From a virus (taxonomy: Duplodnaviria; Caudoviricetes), in the IMG/VR virus record IMGVR_UViG_3300023283_000353, positions 1 through 45,317 of that record: a DNA stretch of 45,317 nt. One strand, 5' to 3'. The notes beneath the pieces were generated by a model. That model saw only the letters and a list, made by a program, of their open reading frames with translations, made no database searches and was not told the origin of the DNA. Made by a program: the position numbers and the translations under genes. Below, one piece after another: positions 38,260 through 45,317 of the stretch; the first letter of the stretch is position 1, and each line of letters begins with the position of its first letter.

Positions 38260-38300
38260 CCGGGCCCCGAAGCACCCTCCGGGGATCCGCCCCGGGGGGA

Positions 38301-38318
38301 CCGTTCCACGTGAAACGG
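38301..38318. promoter_or_regulatory. parS-like palindrome
   Basis: ccGTTCCACGTGAAACgg matches the 14-bp core of the TGTTNCACGTGAAACA consensus; intergenic. Confidence 0.55.
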
Positions 38319-38326
38319 AGGACAGC

Positions 38327-38635
38327 ATGAGACGGGCGATCAATGGGTTGATCTACGACACGGAAACCGCGCAGCACCTGGCGCACCGGAGCCGTGGCTT
38401 CGCGTCCGACTGGAGCCACGTCCGCGAGGGCCTGTACGTGACCGAGCGGGGCACCTACTTCCTCGCCGGCGAGGGCGGCCCGAGGAGCCGGTATGGGCGC
38501 CGCACGGGTGACGGCGGGACGCGGGGCGGCGAGGGGATCCACCCCTTGTCGCGGGAGGAGGCGCTCGAGTGGTGCGAGAGACACGCGCAGGAGGTCGCGC
38601 TAGACCACTTCGCGGACGATCTCGAGCCGGCATGA
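38327..38635 (+). CDS. Phage early protein (INGxxYDTETA type)
   Basis: MRRAINGLIYDTETA...LYVTERGTYFLAGEGGPRSRY; GGAGGA SD. Confidence 0.75.
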   Translation: MRRAINGLIYDTETAQHLAHRSRGFASDWSHVREGLYVTERGTYFLAGEGGPRSRYGRRTGDGGTRGGEGIHPLSREEALEWCERHAQEVALDHFADDLEPA

Positions 38636-38697
38636 CCACACTACCCCCGGGGGGGGCTCCCTCCCCGGGGGCCCACACCTGAGACAAGGACGAGACA

Positions 38698-39042
38698 ATG
38701 ACCGACCCGAGATGCCTGGAGAGCAAGCGCAACGTGCTGGTGGACCTGGAGGCGCTGTCGTCCGCCCTGACGGACGGTACCGACGAGGAGCGGGAGGAGG
38801 CGGCCGAGGAGCTCGTACACTACGGCCTGGACGTCCAGGAGCTCCGCACCGTCCGGTGGCTGGTGAGCACCGGGGGGCCCCGGTGTTGGTTTGACTTCTA
38901 CGAGAGCCCACGCGGCGACTTGACCCGCGTGGTCTGGGGGTGGTCCGACGGCACCACGTCAGACACGATCACGCTCACGTACCGCGAGCGGATGGCGATC
39001 GAGCCGATCTATCACCTGGTGATCCGACCCCATGGAACCTGA
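38698..39042 (+). CDS. Phage early protein (STGGP motif)
   Basis: YGLDV...WLVSTGGPRCWFDF; 114 aa. Confidence 0.7.
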   Translation: MTDPRCLESKRNVLVDLEALSSALTDGTDEEREEAAEELVHYGLDVQELRTVRWLVSTGGPRCWFDFYESPRGDLTRVVWGWSDGTTSDTITLTYRERMAIEPIYHLVIRPHGT

Positions 39043-39139
39043 AGCCTCCGGGGGGGAGCCCCCCCCTCACGGGGGGATCCTGAGAACGGGCGACGGCCCC
39101 GGCCCACGACGGGGGCACCAGAGACGAGGAGGTACACCT

Positions 39140-39460
39140 ATGAGGATCGAACGCACGCCAGGAGCCAGAGCCAGGAACCTCAGACTCGCGGGCAGAAGCA
39201 GTCTCAAGATCGCCCAAACGGGCACGTTCGTGATCTCGATCCCCCGAGAATGGTGGGAGGCCTTCAGGGAGCGATTCGAGACGATCGGCGAGAACGACTA
39301 CCCGGTCGAGATGTTCGTAGAGACGCTCCGGGAGATCGGCGAGGAGGAGCCGGAGGAGGAGGTTTACTGGCCCGCCCAGGGTCGGCCGCTCGACAGCTCG
39401 TACGTGGCTGCGCGGATCCTGAAAGCCATCCGCCACCGGGTAAACCATCGTGGCCCCTGA
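39140..39460 (+). CDS. Early protein with weak AbrB/SpoVT-like N-terminus
   Basis: KIAQTGTFVISIPREW; GAGGAGGT SD. Confidence 0.55.
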   Translation: MRIERTPGARARNLRLAGRSSLKIAQTGTFVISIPREWWEAFRERFETIGENDYPVEMFVETLREIGEEEPEEEVYWPAQGRPLDSSYVAARILKAIRHRVNHRGP

Positions 39461-39656
39461 CGGAGACCGACGCCACCCCCGGGAATGCCCGGGGTGTGGT
39501 GGTCGGCTTACGCCGACGAGAGCACAGGAGGGAGCCCGGGCACGCTGGCATATCTGCCACACATGCGGGGTGCATCAGGTGGGTGAACCGCGCCGGCGGT
39601 ACGACGACGAGACCTACATCCACGACTTCCTGAGAGGGAGACACCATGACGATTGA
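39450..39656 (+). CDS. Early zinc-ribbon protein
   Basis: CPGC...CHTC; overlaps both neighbours. Confidence 0.55.
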   Translation: MAPDGDRRHPRECPGCGGRLTPTRAQEGARARWHICHTCGVHQVGEPRRRYDDETYIHDFLRGRHHDD

Positions 39657-39912
39657 CAAGAACATTGACTACGGGCAGGTACACGGCGAAGAGGATTTGC
39701 GCCCGAAGCCGATGAGCACGGAGGAGTTCGAGGTGATCCGCCTCCAGATCGGGTCCGGGGGCAAACCGCTTCCGCTACGCCGCCTGGCGGAGGCGGTCGG
39801 GTACTCGCCCCGGCAGGTGCGCAACTGGCTGGACCCTCGAGTCTCCGCCGAGATTCCGGCGCCGGTACGAAAGCTCATGCGGATCTTCCGCGACCGGGGG
39901 CAAGCTTTCTGA
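39646..39912 (+). CDS. XRE-like helix-turn-helix regulator
   Basis: MSTEEFEVIR...LRRLAEAVGYSPRQVRNW...IPAPVRKLM. Confidence 0.75.
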   Translation: MTIDKNIDYGQVHGEEDLRPKPMSTEEFEVIRLQIGSGGKPLPLRRLAEAVGYSPRQVRNWLDPRVSAEIPAPVRKLMRIFRDRGQAF

Positions 39913-39931
39913 CGCGCCCAGAGGTGAACGT

Positions 39932-40177
39932 TCACGGGGCCCCGGGAGGATCCTCCTCGGGGCCCCATTCTTTCGGGATCCACGCGCAATGCATTCCGTA
40001 TTCGCCGAGCAGCCTGATGGGGGGTGGAGGGACCGCCACGAAGACGGTGTCCACGCCGGCCGGCACAGGTTCGGTGATCGGTGACGGGTCGCGCATGGAG
40101 GCCACGCCGAACAGCCACAGGGCGAGCGCAGCGCCGACGACAACCCAGGTGGACACGAAATCTTTTTCGTTGTTCAT
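39932..40177 (-). CDS. Small membrane protein
   Basis: MNNEKDFVSTWVVVGAALALWLFG; ATGA overlap with the initiator gene. Confidence 0.6.
   Translation of the reverse strand: MNNEKDFVSTWVVVGAALALWLFGVASMRDPSPITEPVPAGVDTVFVAVPPPPIRLLGEYGMHCAWIPKEWGPEEDPPGAP
39936..39973 (+). terminator. Intrinsic terminator candidate for the early region
   Basis: GGGGCCCCG...CGGGGCCCC hairpin followed by ATTCTTT at the convergence point. Confidence 0.5.
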
Positions 40178-41523
40178 GGCGGCGAAGCTCCTATTTCTCG
40201 GGCATATAGCTTCCGGACGGTCGCCCGGAAGACTTGATCTCGAGCTCGGTCGGTGACCTTCTGGCGGGAGAGTGCCTTTGTCGCCTGGGCACGGATCCTC
40301 GCTTTCAGGTCCGGATCCTCGCGCAGAAATTGTTGCTCGAGGGCGTCCCACCAGGAGGCTCGTTGTTTGGCTCGGTTCTCAAGCTCCTCTTTCGTGATCT
40401 CGCTCTGACGCCGCGCCTCGTCGCTGCGCCGTTCCTTCTCGGCAGCCATCCGACCCGCAGCGTGCGCCATGGTGAACTTCTTCTCGAGGGTCCAGGCATC
40501 CCAGGGTCGTCCTTCGTTCCACGGCCACAGCTCGCCCATACCGTGCATGGCGATGGTCACGCTTTCGGAACCGTTGCGATCTTGCAACCGCTTCAGCACG
40601 GCGATCTGTTTCGCTCGTTCTGCTCGTGGCGGTTCATGGCCTTTCGATCCCCTTGAGATCATCAGCTTGTAAAGCTGCTGGAGTTTGCCGGTAGGGGGGG
40701 ATTTAGGGGGGGTGTTCTCCGTAGTTTTCTCAAGAGGGGGGGTATGGGGGGGAGAATCCGGTGAACTCGAACTCTCTTCACCCGCCGGAACTCTGTTCCC
40801 TTTTTCAGAACCCTTGCTATTATTGGATCCTGAGCGGTTTCCCACAAATGTTGAGAGCGGTTGTTGATCTACGAGATTGTGGTCCGGTCTGAGACCACTT
40901 CGCTCGAAAACGGTGTCAAACCGTACCAGTAGGTTTTCCCCGTCACGTAGCCATTCTGAACGCTTATCCACAGGTGAGTGTCCCGCTATTTTTGCCCTTA
41001 AAAAGCGGGACACCTTGTGGGACACTTCCCCCCCTTCGGCAGTATCTATCTCTTTCTGTGGCTTGGACTTAGAAGTGGGACGGTTTTTACGCTTTTTTCG
41101 CTTGCGTTTCCGTCTAGTGGTACGGGTTGGATGATTGAGAGGGTCTAAGTCGGGCGGTGGCTCGGACTTACGACCGGGACGCCTCACGTTTCTGCGCTCG
41201 GCATACCAGGCCGGTGTGAGCTGTAGAAGCATCCCCTTCGGGCCGGCGGGAGGCTCGAGGATCTTCGCGAGCCGATGTTCGACGAGGTATTCGATCAGGT
41301 AGCGAGCCTGACGCTCGGACAGGCCGGTGAGCTCGGCGAGCTTACGCCTCGAGACCCGCAGAGTGTGCGAGGGGGGTGGAGGGGCAGAACCGGCCCCTTC
41401 AGGACGAGGCGGGAACCCAGCCGCCGCCTGTAGATCGAGATAGGCGGAATACCACTCGGGGTGTTCGGTCTTGAGAGGTAGCCGCAGCGCCGAGACCGGC
41501 ACTGGAAGAAACGGTTCCCCCAC
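40174..41523 (-). CDS. Replication initiator-like protein (N-terminal winged HTH)
   Basis: SRRKLAELTGLSERQARYLIEYL HTH, low-complexity linker (SPPHTPP, TPPKSPP) over AT-richer DNA, helical C-terminal domain. Confidence 0.6.
   Translation of the reverse strand: MGEPFLPVPVSALRLPLKTEHPEWYSAYLDLQAAAGFPPRPEGAGSAPPPPSHTLRVSRRKLAELTGLSERQARYLIEYLVEHRLAKILEPPAGPKGMLLQLTPAWYAERRNVRRPGRKSEPPPDLDPLNHPTRTTRRKRKRKKRKNRPTSKSKPQKEIDTAEGGEVSHKVSRFLRAKIAGHSPVDKRSEWLRDGENLLVRFDTVFERSGLRPDHNLVDQQPLSTFVGNRSGSNNSKGSEKGNRVPAGEESSSSPDSPPHTPPLEKTTENTPPKSPPTGKLQQLYKLMISRGSKGHEPPRAERAKQIAVLKRLQDRNGSESVTIAMHGMGELWPWNEGRPWDAWTLEKKFTMAHAAGRMAAEKERRSDEARRQSEITKEELENRAKQRASWWDALEQQFLREDPDLKARIRAQATKALSRQKVTDRARDQVFRATVRKLYAREIGASPP
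40964..40972 (+). promoter_or_regulatory. Perfect DnaA box TTATCCACA within a putative origin
   Basis: Consensus 9-mer inside the AT-richer core of the initiator gene. Confidence 0.45.
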
Positions 41524-41528
41524 CGGAG

Positions 41529-42128
41529 TCAGTCAGTCAGCCAGGCACCCGTCGTTACTCCGGTCTGCATCATCCAAAGCCAGTCTTCGTAGCCGAGGAG
41601 CACGACGTCCTGGCCTTCGAGCCTGTTCCCTCTCGCGATCGGTAGGGACGTAACCGGATGGTAGGGGAGCTGCGCCTGCTCTTGCGCCTCCTGGAGCCCG
41701 GACCACACCCGCGGATAAACCCTCGCGGTCTTCACCACCTCCACCACGGGGCGCATTTGCCCATTCTCGACCAGTGGGCGCACCAGACGGGCCCAACCCT
41801 TGGCGTAGTGGGCGACGACCCTCTCAGACGGCACTCCGCGGCCGTTGCGCCGTTTCAGGACGGCGGTGGCCACCAGGTCGAGCTCTTCGGCGCGATTGGC
41901 GATCTCCTTGAGGGTCGTCCAGATCGAGATTTCACCTCGTGACTTGGCTTCGATCATCACCGGCAGCTCCGGATGAATCTCGACGTCTTGCAGCTTGCCT
42001 TCTCGCACCTCGAGGAGTTCACGTTTCACCTCGAGGCCGGTGTGGTAGGACAGGTCTCGGGCGATCCGATTCATCCAGCGGTTGCCTTCCGCCCGGTTAC
42101 GGCGGCCTCTCGTCGCAGCGTCAGTCAT
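41529..42128 (-). CDS. PD-(D/E)xK nuclease, Holliday-junction resolvase-like
   Basis: GRRNRAEGNRW...QDV...MIEAKSR; GGAGG SD. Confidence 0.65.
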   Translation of the reverse strand: MTDAATRGRRNRAEGNRWMNRIARDLSYHTGLEVKRELLEVREGKLQDVEIHPELPVMIEAKSRGEISIWTTLKEIANRAEELDLVATAVLKRRNGRGVPSERVVAHYAKGWARLVRPLVENGQMRPVVEVVKTARVYPRVWSGLQEAQEQAQLPYHPVTSLPIARGNRLEGQDVVLLGYEDWLWMMQTGVTTGAWLTD

Positions 42129-42238
42129 CCGAACATCCTCCAGTACAATTCTTTCAGGGTGATCCACGCGATCATGCCGAGCCAGGACACGGCGACGAAG
42201 GCCGCGGCGAACTGGATGACGAGTTCTACATAGATCAT
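42125..42238 (-). CDS. 37-aa single-TM peptide (absent from the ORF track)
   Basis: MIYVELVIQFAAAFVAVSWLGMIAWITLKELYWRMFG; ATGA overlaps at both ends. Confidence 0.7.
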   Translation of the reverse strand: MIYVELVIQFAAAFVAVSWLGMIAWITLKELYWRMFG

Positions 42239-42492
42239 GCGTCGGCCCAATCGCTAGCGATGTGCGTGGCGTCGCTCACGGGGTCCTCGGTTTCCACCTC
42301 GTTCTTCATCCGGACGGCGAGCATATGAAGCTTCTTGAGTTGGCCGAACAGTTCGTGGGTGATCGGGCAGCACGGTTCTGGTATGACGCCTTCGTGGCTT
42401 TCAGAGAAGATGTCCCAGAGCGCCACGAGAATCGAGATCTGCACGGCGAATTCGTGCATCGTGTCTCGTTCCGAATCGGTAGGGTCGGACAT
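42235..42492 (-). CDS. Hypothetical protein
   Basis: 85 aa with AGGAG SD, within the operon. Confidence 0.65.
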   Translation of the reverse strand: MSDPTDSERDTMHEFAVQISILVALWDIFSESHEGVIPEPCCPITHELFGQLKKLHMLAVRMKNEVETEDPVSDATHIASDWADA

Positions 42493-42494
42493 GG

Positions 42495-43601
42495 TCAGGT
42501 GCTCCTCTCTTCTAGTCGGGTAATCAGCTTGCGAATGCCCTCGGGCTCGAGACCGGACGTCAGATCGTTCTCGATTTCCATGCGTTCGGCGTAGCCGAGC
42601 GAGTCGTCAACGCCCATCAGGTAGCGGGCATATTCGATGAGCACCTCGTTCCCGCCACTCTCACGGATCGCGTTGATGAGCACGAGGTAGTGGCTGCCGT
42701 CCCATTCGCCGACGTCCTCGGGGATCGCGTCGGAGGCGAGCGCCCAGGCCCGCACAGCGCGTCTCGGGATCTTGTGGCGATCGAGGAGCTCCGAGAGCTT
42801 CTTCTGCATCCGTTCGATCTCGGTGGCCTCGGGGCGGCCCTCGTTGACCGGTACGCCCTGGATGACCTGAGCCTCTTGCTCCTCCTCGCCCTCCTCCTTC
42901 GGCGGGTGACCGATCCCGAGTTCCGCTTCCACGCGGTCGAGCTCCTGTTCTGTCGATCGGCCGACGTTCTCCTCGAGCCATGCTTCGTCGTCGATCTCCT
43001 CGCCCTCGACCAGGAGACCGCCGATCGGCACCTGACGGCGCAGCCCGGCGACGATCGCGCGGTTCTCGATCATATCGTCCGGGTACTGTTGCCAGTTGAA
43101 CTTGCTGTGGAGATGCCTGTAGCGGTTCATGTGGCGAGTGATAACCGTGGCGCCGCGCTCCTTGCCGTAAACCACGGCGTACGCCCCGACGATCTTGCCC
43201 CGATCGAAGCCGGCGATCTTGTGCTCGATCTCGACGGCCGGCTCCCCATCCACCGAGCGCCTCAGGATGCGGAACTCGTCTTTCTCGTATACGACTCCGG
43301 AATCCAGCCCTCCGAAGTTGTCGTATCTCGAGGCGCTGCGGATCAAGCCATCGCGCCCGGTATAGATTTTCGGGCCTTGCTTCGTCTGGATCAGCCACAC
43401 CTCACCTGCCGCGGGGTCGAGGCCGTGCCGCTGAGCGACAGAGCAGAACTCCGCGACTTGATACAGGTTGTCGGCGTTGTTCGCGTAGAGGTCCCAAACA
43501 GCTTGAAGCCGTTCGTTCGGCCATCGCTCGGCGGAGAGGCCCCCAGCCTTGCGGATGACCGCGAGGTCGGTGCCCGGGCTCTTCTGGTCGGTCTTTGCCA
43601 T
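42495..43601 (-). CDS. recT: RecT/Red-beta-like ssDNA annealing protein
   Basis: GLDPAAGEVWLI, YTGRDG, GAYAVVY, WQQYPDDMIENRAIVAGLRR; adjacent to the exonuclease. Confidence 0.8.
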   Translation of the reverse strand: MAKTDQKSPGTDLAVIRKAGGLSAERWPNERLQAVWDLYANNADNLYQVAEFCSVAQRHGLDPAAGEVWLIQTKQGPKIYTGRDGLIRSASRYDNFGGLDSGVVYEKDEFRILRRSVDGEPAVEIEHKIAGFDRGKIVGAYAVVYGKERGATVITRHMNRYRHLHSKFNWQQYPDDMIENRAIVAGLRRQVPIGGLLVEGEEIDDEAWLEENVGRSTEQELDRVEAELGIGHPPKEEGEEEQEAQVIQGVPVNEGRPEATEIERMQKKLSELLDRHKIPRRAVRAWALASDAIPEDVGEWDGSHYLVLINAIRESGGNEVLIEYARYLMGVDDSLGYAERMEIENDLTSGLEPEGIRKLITRLEERST

Positions 43602-44665
43602 CAGAGACTCACTTCGTCAGAGGGGAAAATTCGGAAATAGGGTGAGCGATACTCCTCGTAGAAAACAGGGTCTTCCACGTCGATTCGAGCTTCGTTGCGC
43701 AGTCGCTCGAGAATGGCGGTCGCCTGCTCGTCGCCGAGCTCGTCTTCGAGGATTTGGCGAGTGACTTTCGGCCAGTACGGGCCGACGCCCTGGACGTTCT
43801 TCTTGCTGAACCTGCTGCGCGTCGAGTTCGGCCGGTGGATCGCCTTGCCGGCAACGCCGACCACCTCTTCGTACGCACCCATCTTCTCGATCACCTTGGC
43901 CTTGAGGCCCTGGACGCCCTCCTCCTCGTCGCCCTCGTAGATCACCTTGATGCGATCCTTCGCCGCCCGATACCGGGCATATTGCTCCATGAGTTCGGTC
44001 CACCCCTCATCCTCGCCGACGTCCAGAGCCTCGCCGGCGATCGTCTCGATGTCGGGAGGCAACGGCGTGGGGAACGGCTCCGGAGGCTCGTCGGGTATGA
44101 TGTGATTCGTCCAGAAGAGTTCGACCTGCTCCTGGATGTAGCCCCACAGCTCCTCGCGCACCTCGATCGCGAACAAAAGGGTGGTCCAGTCATCGGCGTT
44201 GTGTAGCACGACGTCGGTGGTATGGAGCTTGCGGATCGCCGCCCCGGCCTGTGCCTGGATCACGTCCGCCGTCGGTAGGCCCTGCTCCCGGATGATGCGC
44301 CACCGGTGGCTCGAGGGGCACTTGATCTCGAGGCTGTGAATTAGGTCGTCCTCCGGAGCCTCGGCCGGATCCCAGACGGTGTATCCGTCGTTATGGCTGC
44401 CGAAGAAGTCGAACTCGTCGTGCACGAAGAAATCCTTCGGACGCACCTCGAGGATCTGCGCCTTCGTTTTCGTCAGGTAGTCTTGGACGTCGTCCTCGAG
44501 GTAGATACCGCGGTACATATGCTCGTTCTTACGCGGGCCCTTCGAACGGCCGGTCAGCCGGGCCCAGACGTCCCATCGCGTTTGATAGGGGTTCAGCCCG
44601 AGAATCGAGGGCACCATGCTCGCCCCGATGTAGCTACCACGATCGCGTTCCTCAGCTTGCGGCAT
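43601..44665 (-). CDS. YqaJ/lambda-exonuclease-like recombination nuclease
   Basis: RGSYIGAS..PSILGLNPY, RGIYLE, SHNDG, LEIKCP, IQAQ; AGGAGG SD before ATG 44665. Confidence 0.85.
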   Translation of the reverse strand: MPQAEERDRGSYIGASMVPSILGLNPYQTRWDVWARLTGRSKGPRKNEHMYRGIYLEDDVQDYLTKTKAQILEVRPKDFFVHDEFDFFGSHNDGYTVWDPAEAPEDDLIHSLEIKCPSSHRWRIIREQGLPTADVIQAQAGAAIRKLHTTDVVLHNADDWTTLLFAIEVREELWGYIQEQVELFWTNHIIPDEPPEPFPTPLPPDIETIAGEALDVGEDEGWTELMEQYARYRAAKDRIKVIYEGDEEEGVQGLKAKVIEKMGAYEEVVGVAGKAIHRPNSTRSRFSKKNVQGVGPYWPKVTRQILEDELGDEQATAILERLRNEARIDVEDPVFYEEYRSPYFRIFPSDEVSL

Positions 44666-45317
44666 GACTTCCCTCCTGGCACTCCCGGCGCTCTCGGCGT
44701 TCTTTGTTCCAGGCACGCACTGTCCACATCGCGTGTTCGCGCACCTCGAAGTTTGCTACCAGCCCCGGCCGTCCGCGTCCCCCGGCTCCGGTTTCAAGCA
44801 CGTCCCATGATCCGTCGTGGCGCTTGGACCAATACCAGCGGCCTTGACCTATGGCGGGCCGGGGCCCATCTTCTGGACGTGGAGGCTGACTTCCTCCCGT
44901 CTCAGGCGAGCCCCCGGTTTCGGCCGGGGGTTTCGTCTTTTGGGCAGCCTTCGCCGTTCGGGTGACCTCTCCCGTCCCGTCGCAGGTGTTGCAGATCATG
45001 GGTACGTCCGCGACCCCGGCGCACTTGCCGCCGTAGCCGTCACCGCCGATCTGGCCCTCGTACTGGCCTGTGCCGTCGCAGTCGGGGCAGGGTCGTGGGC
45101 CGTCGTGACGGGTGGCAATAGGTATCCTCACACGAGCCTCCCGTTTGATACGATCTCGAAGTTCATCATCGTCTTCATGCATTACGTCGCCCTCCTCCCG
45201 GCGCTCGGGGTCGGTAAGAGTCCCATCCCTACGGAGCTTTTCCACCACGGCATTTTCCTGCTGGCGTGGCGATCCGTACTGGTCCTGTAGACCTTTGAAA
45301 ATGGCGTCGTTCTCCGA
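44652..45317 (-). CDS. 3' part of the junction-spanning protein, with CxxCxGxG zinc finger
   Basis: CPDCDGTG...CNTCDGTG; the frame continues from ATG 155; a possible internal start at MHEDDD has its own GGAGGAGG SD. Confidence 0.65.
   Translation of the reverse strand, partial: SENDAIFKGLQDQYGSPRQQENAVVEKLRRDGTLTDPERREEGDVMHEDDDELRDRIKREARVRIPIATRHDGPRPCPDCDGTGQYEGQIGGDGYGGKCAGVADVPMICNTCDGTGEVTRTAKAAQKTKPPAETGGSPETGGSQPPRPEDGPRPAIGQGRWYWSKRHDGSWDVLETGAGGRGRPGLVANFEVREHAMWTVRAWNKERRERRECQEGSHAAS
45268..45317. repeat. Terminal 50-bp direct repeat, copy 2
   Basis: Identical to 1-50. Confidence 0.97.

Overview
The window is an apparently complete, circularly assembled, GC-rich tailed-phage genome of about 45,267 bp. 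Bases 1-50 are repeated exactly at 45268-45317, and one ORF reads through that junction. Gene order looks podovirus-like. A long minus-strand block holds TerS, a GroES-like gene, a split TerL, portal, scaffold, major capsid, two adaptors, a nozzle/LVIVD fusion, a tail fibre, putative ejection proteins and lysis genes. A second minus-strand block covers recombination and replication (SbcC-like ATPase, YqaJ, RecT/Bet, resolvase, initiator). A short plus-strand early region (36.8-39.9 kb) carries small genes. No integrase, DNA or RNA polymerase, complete tRNA or CRISPR array was recognised. Highlights: (1) a 1612-aa putative virion-ejected protein with an apparently intact GGDEF diguanylate cyclase and a ddrB-like ParB domain, in a genome that also encodes an Acb2/Tad1-like cyclic-nucleotide sponge candidate; (2) early-gene cassettes separated by repeated structured elements made of a covarying tRNA-like acceptor/T-arm module, a three-way junction and a GAGAC+SD motif; (3) TerL split by a zinc-ribbon ORF that sits almost exactly between in-frame 8-bp direct repeats; (4) a parS-like palindrome, a twin operator and a DnaA box. 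All protein calls come from motifs read by eye and from synteny; no database search was run.
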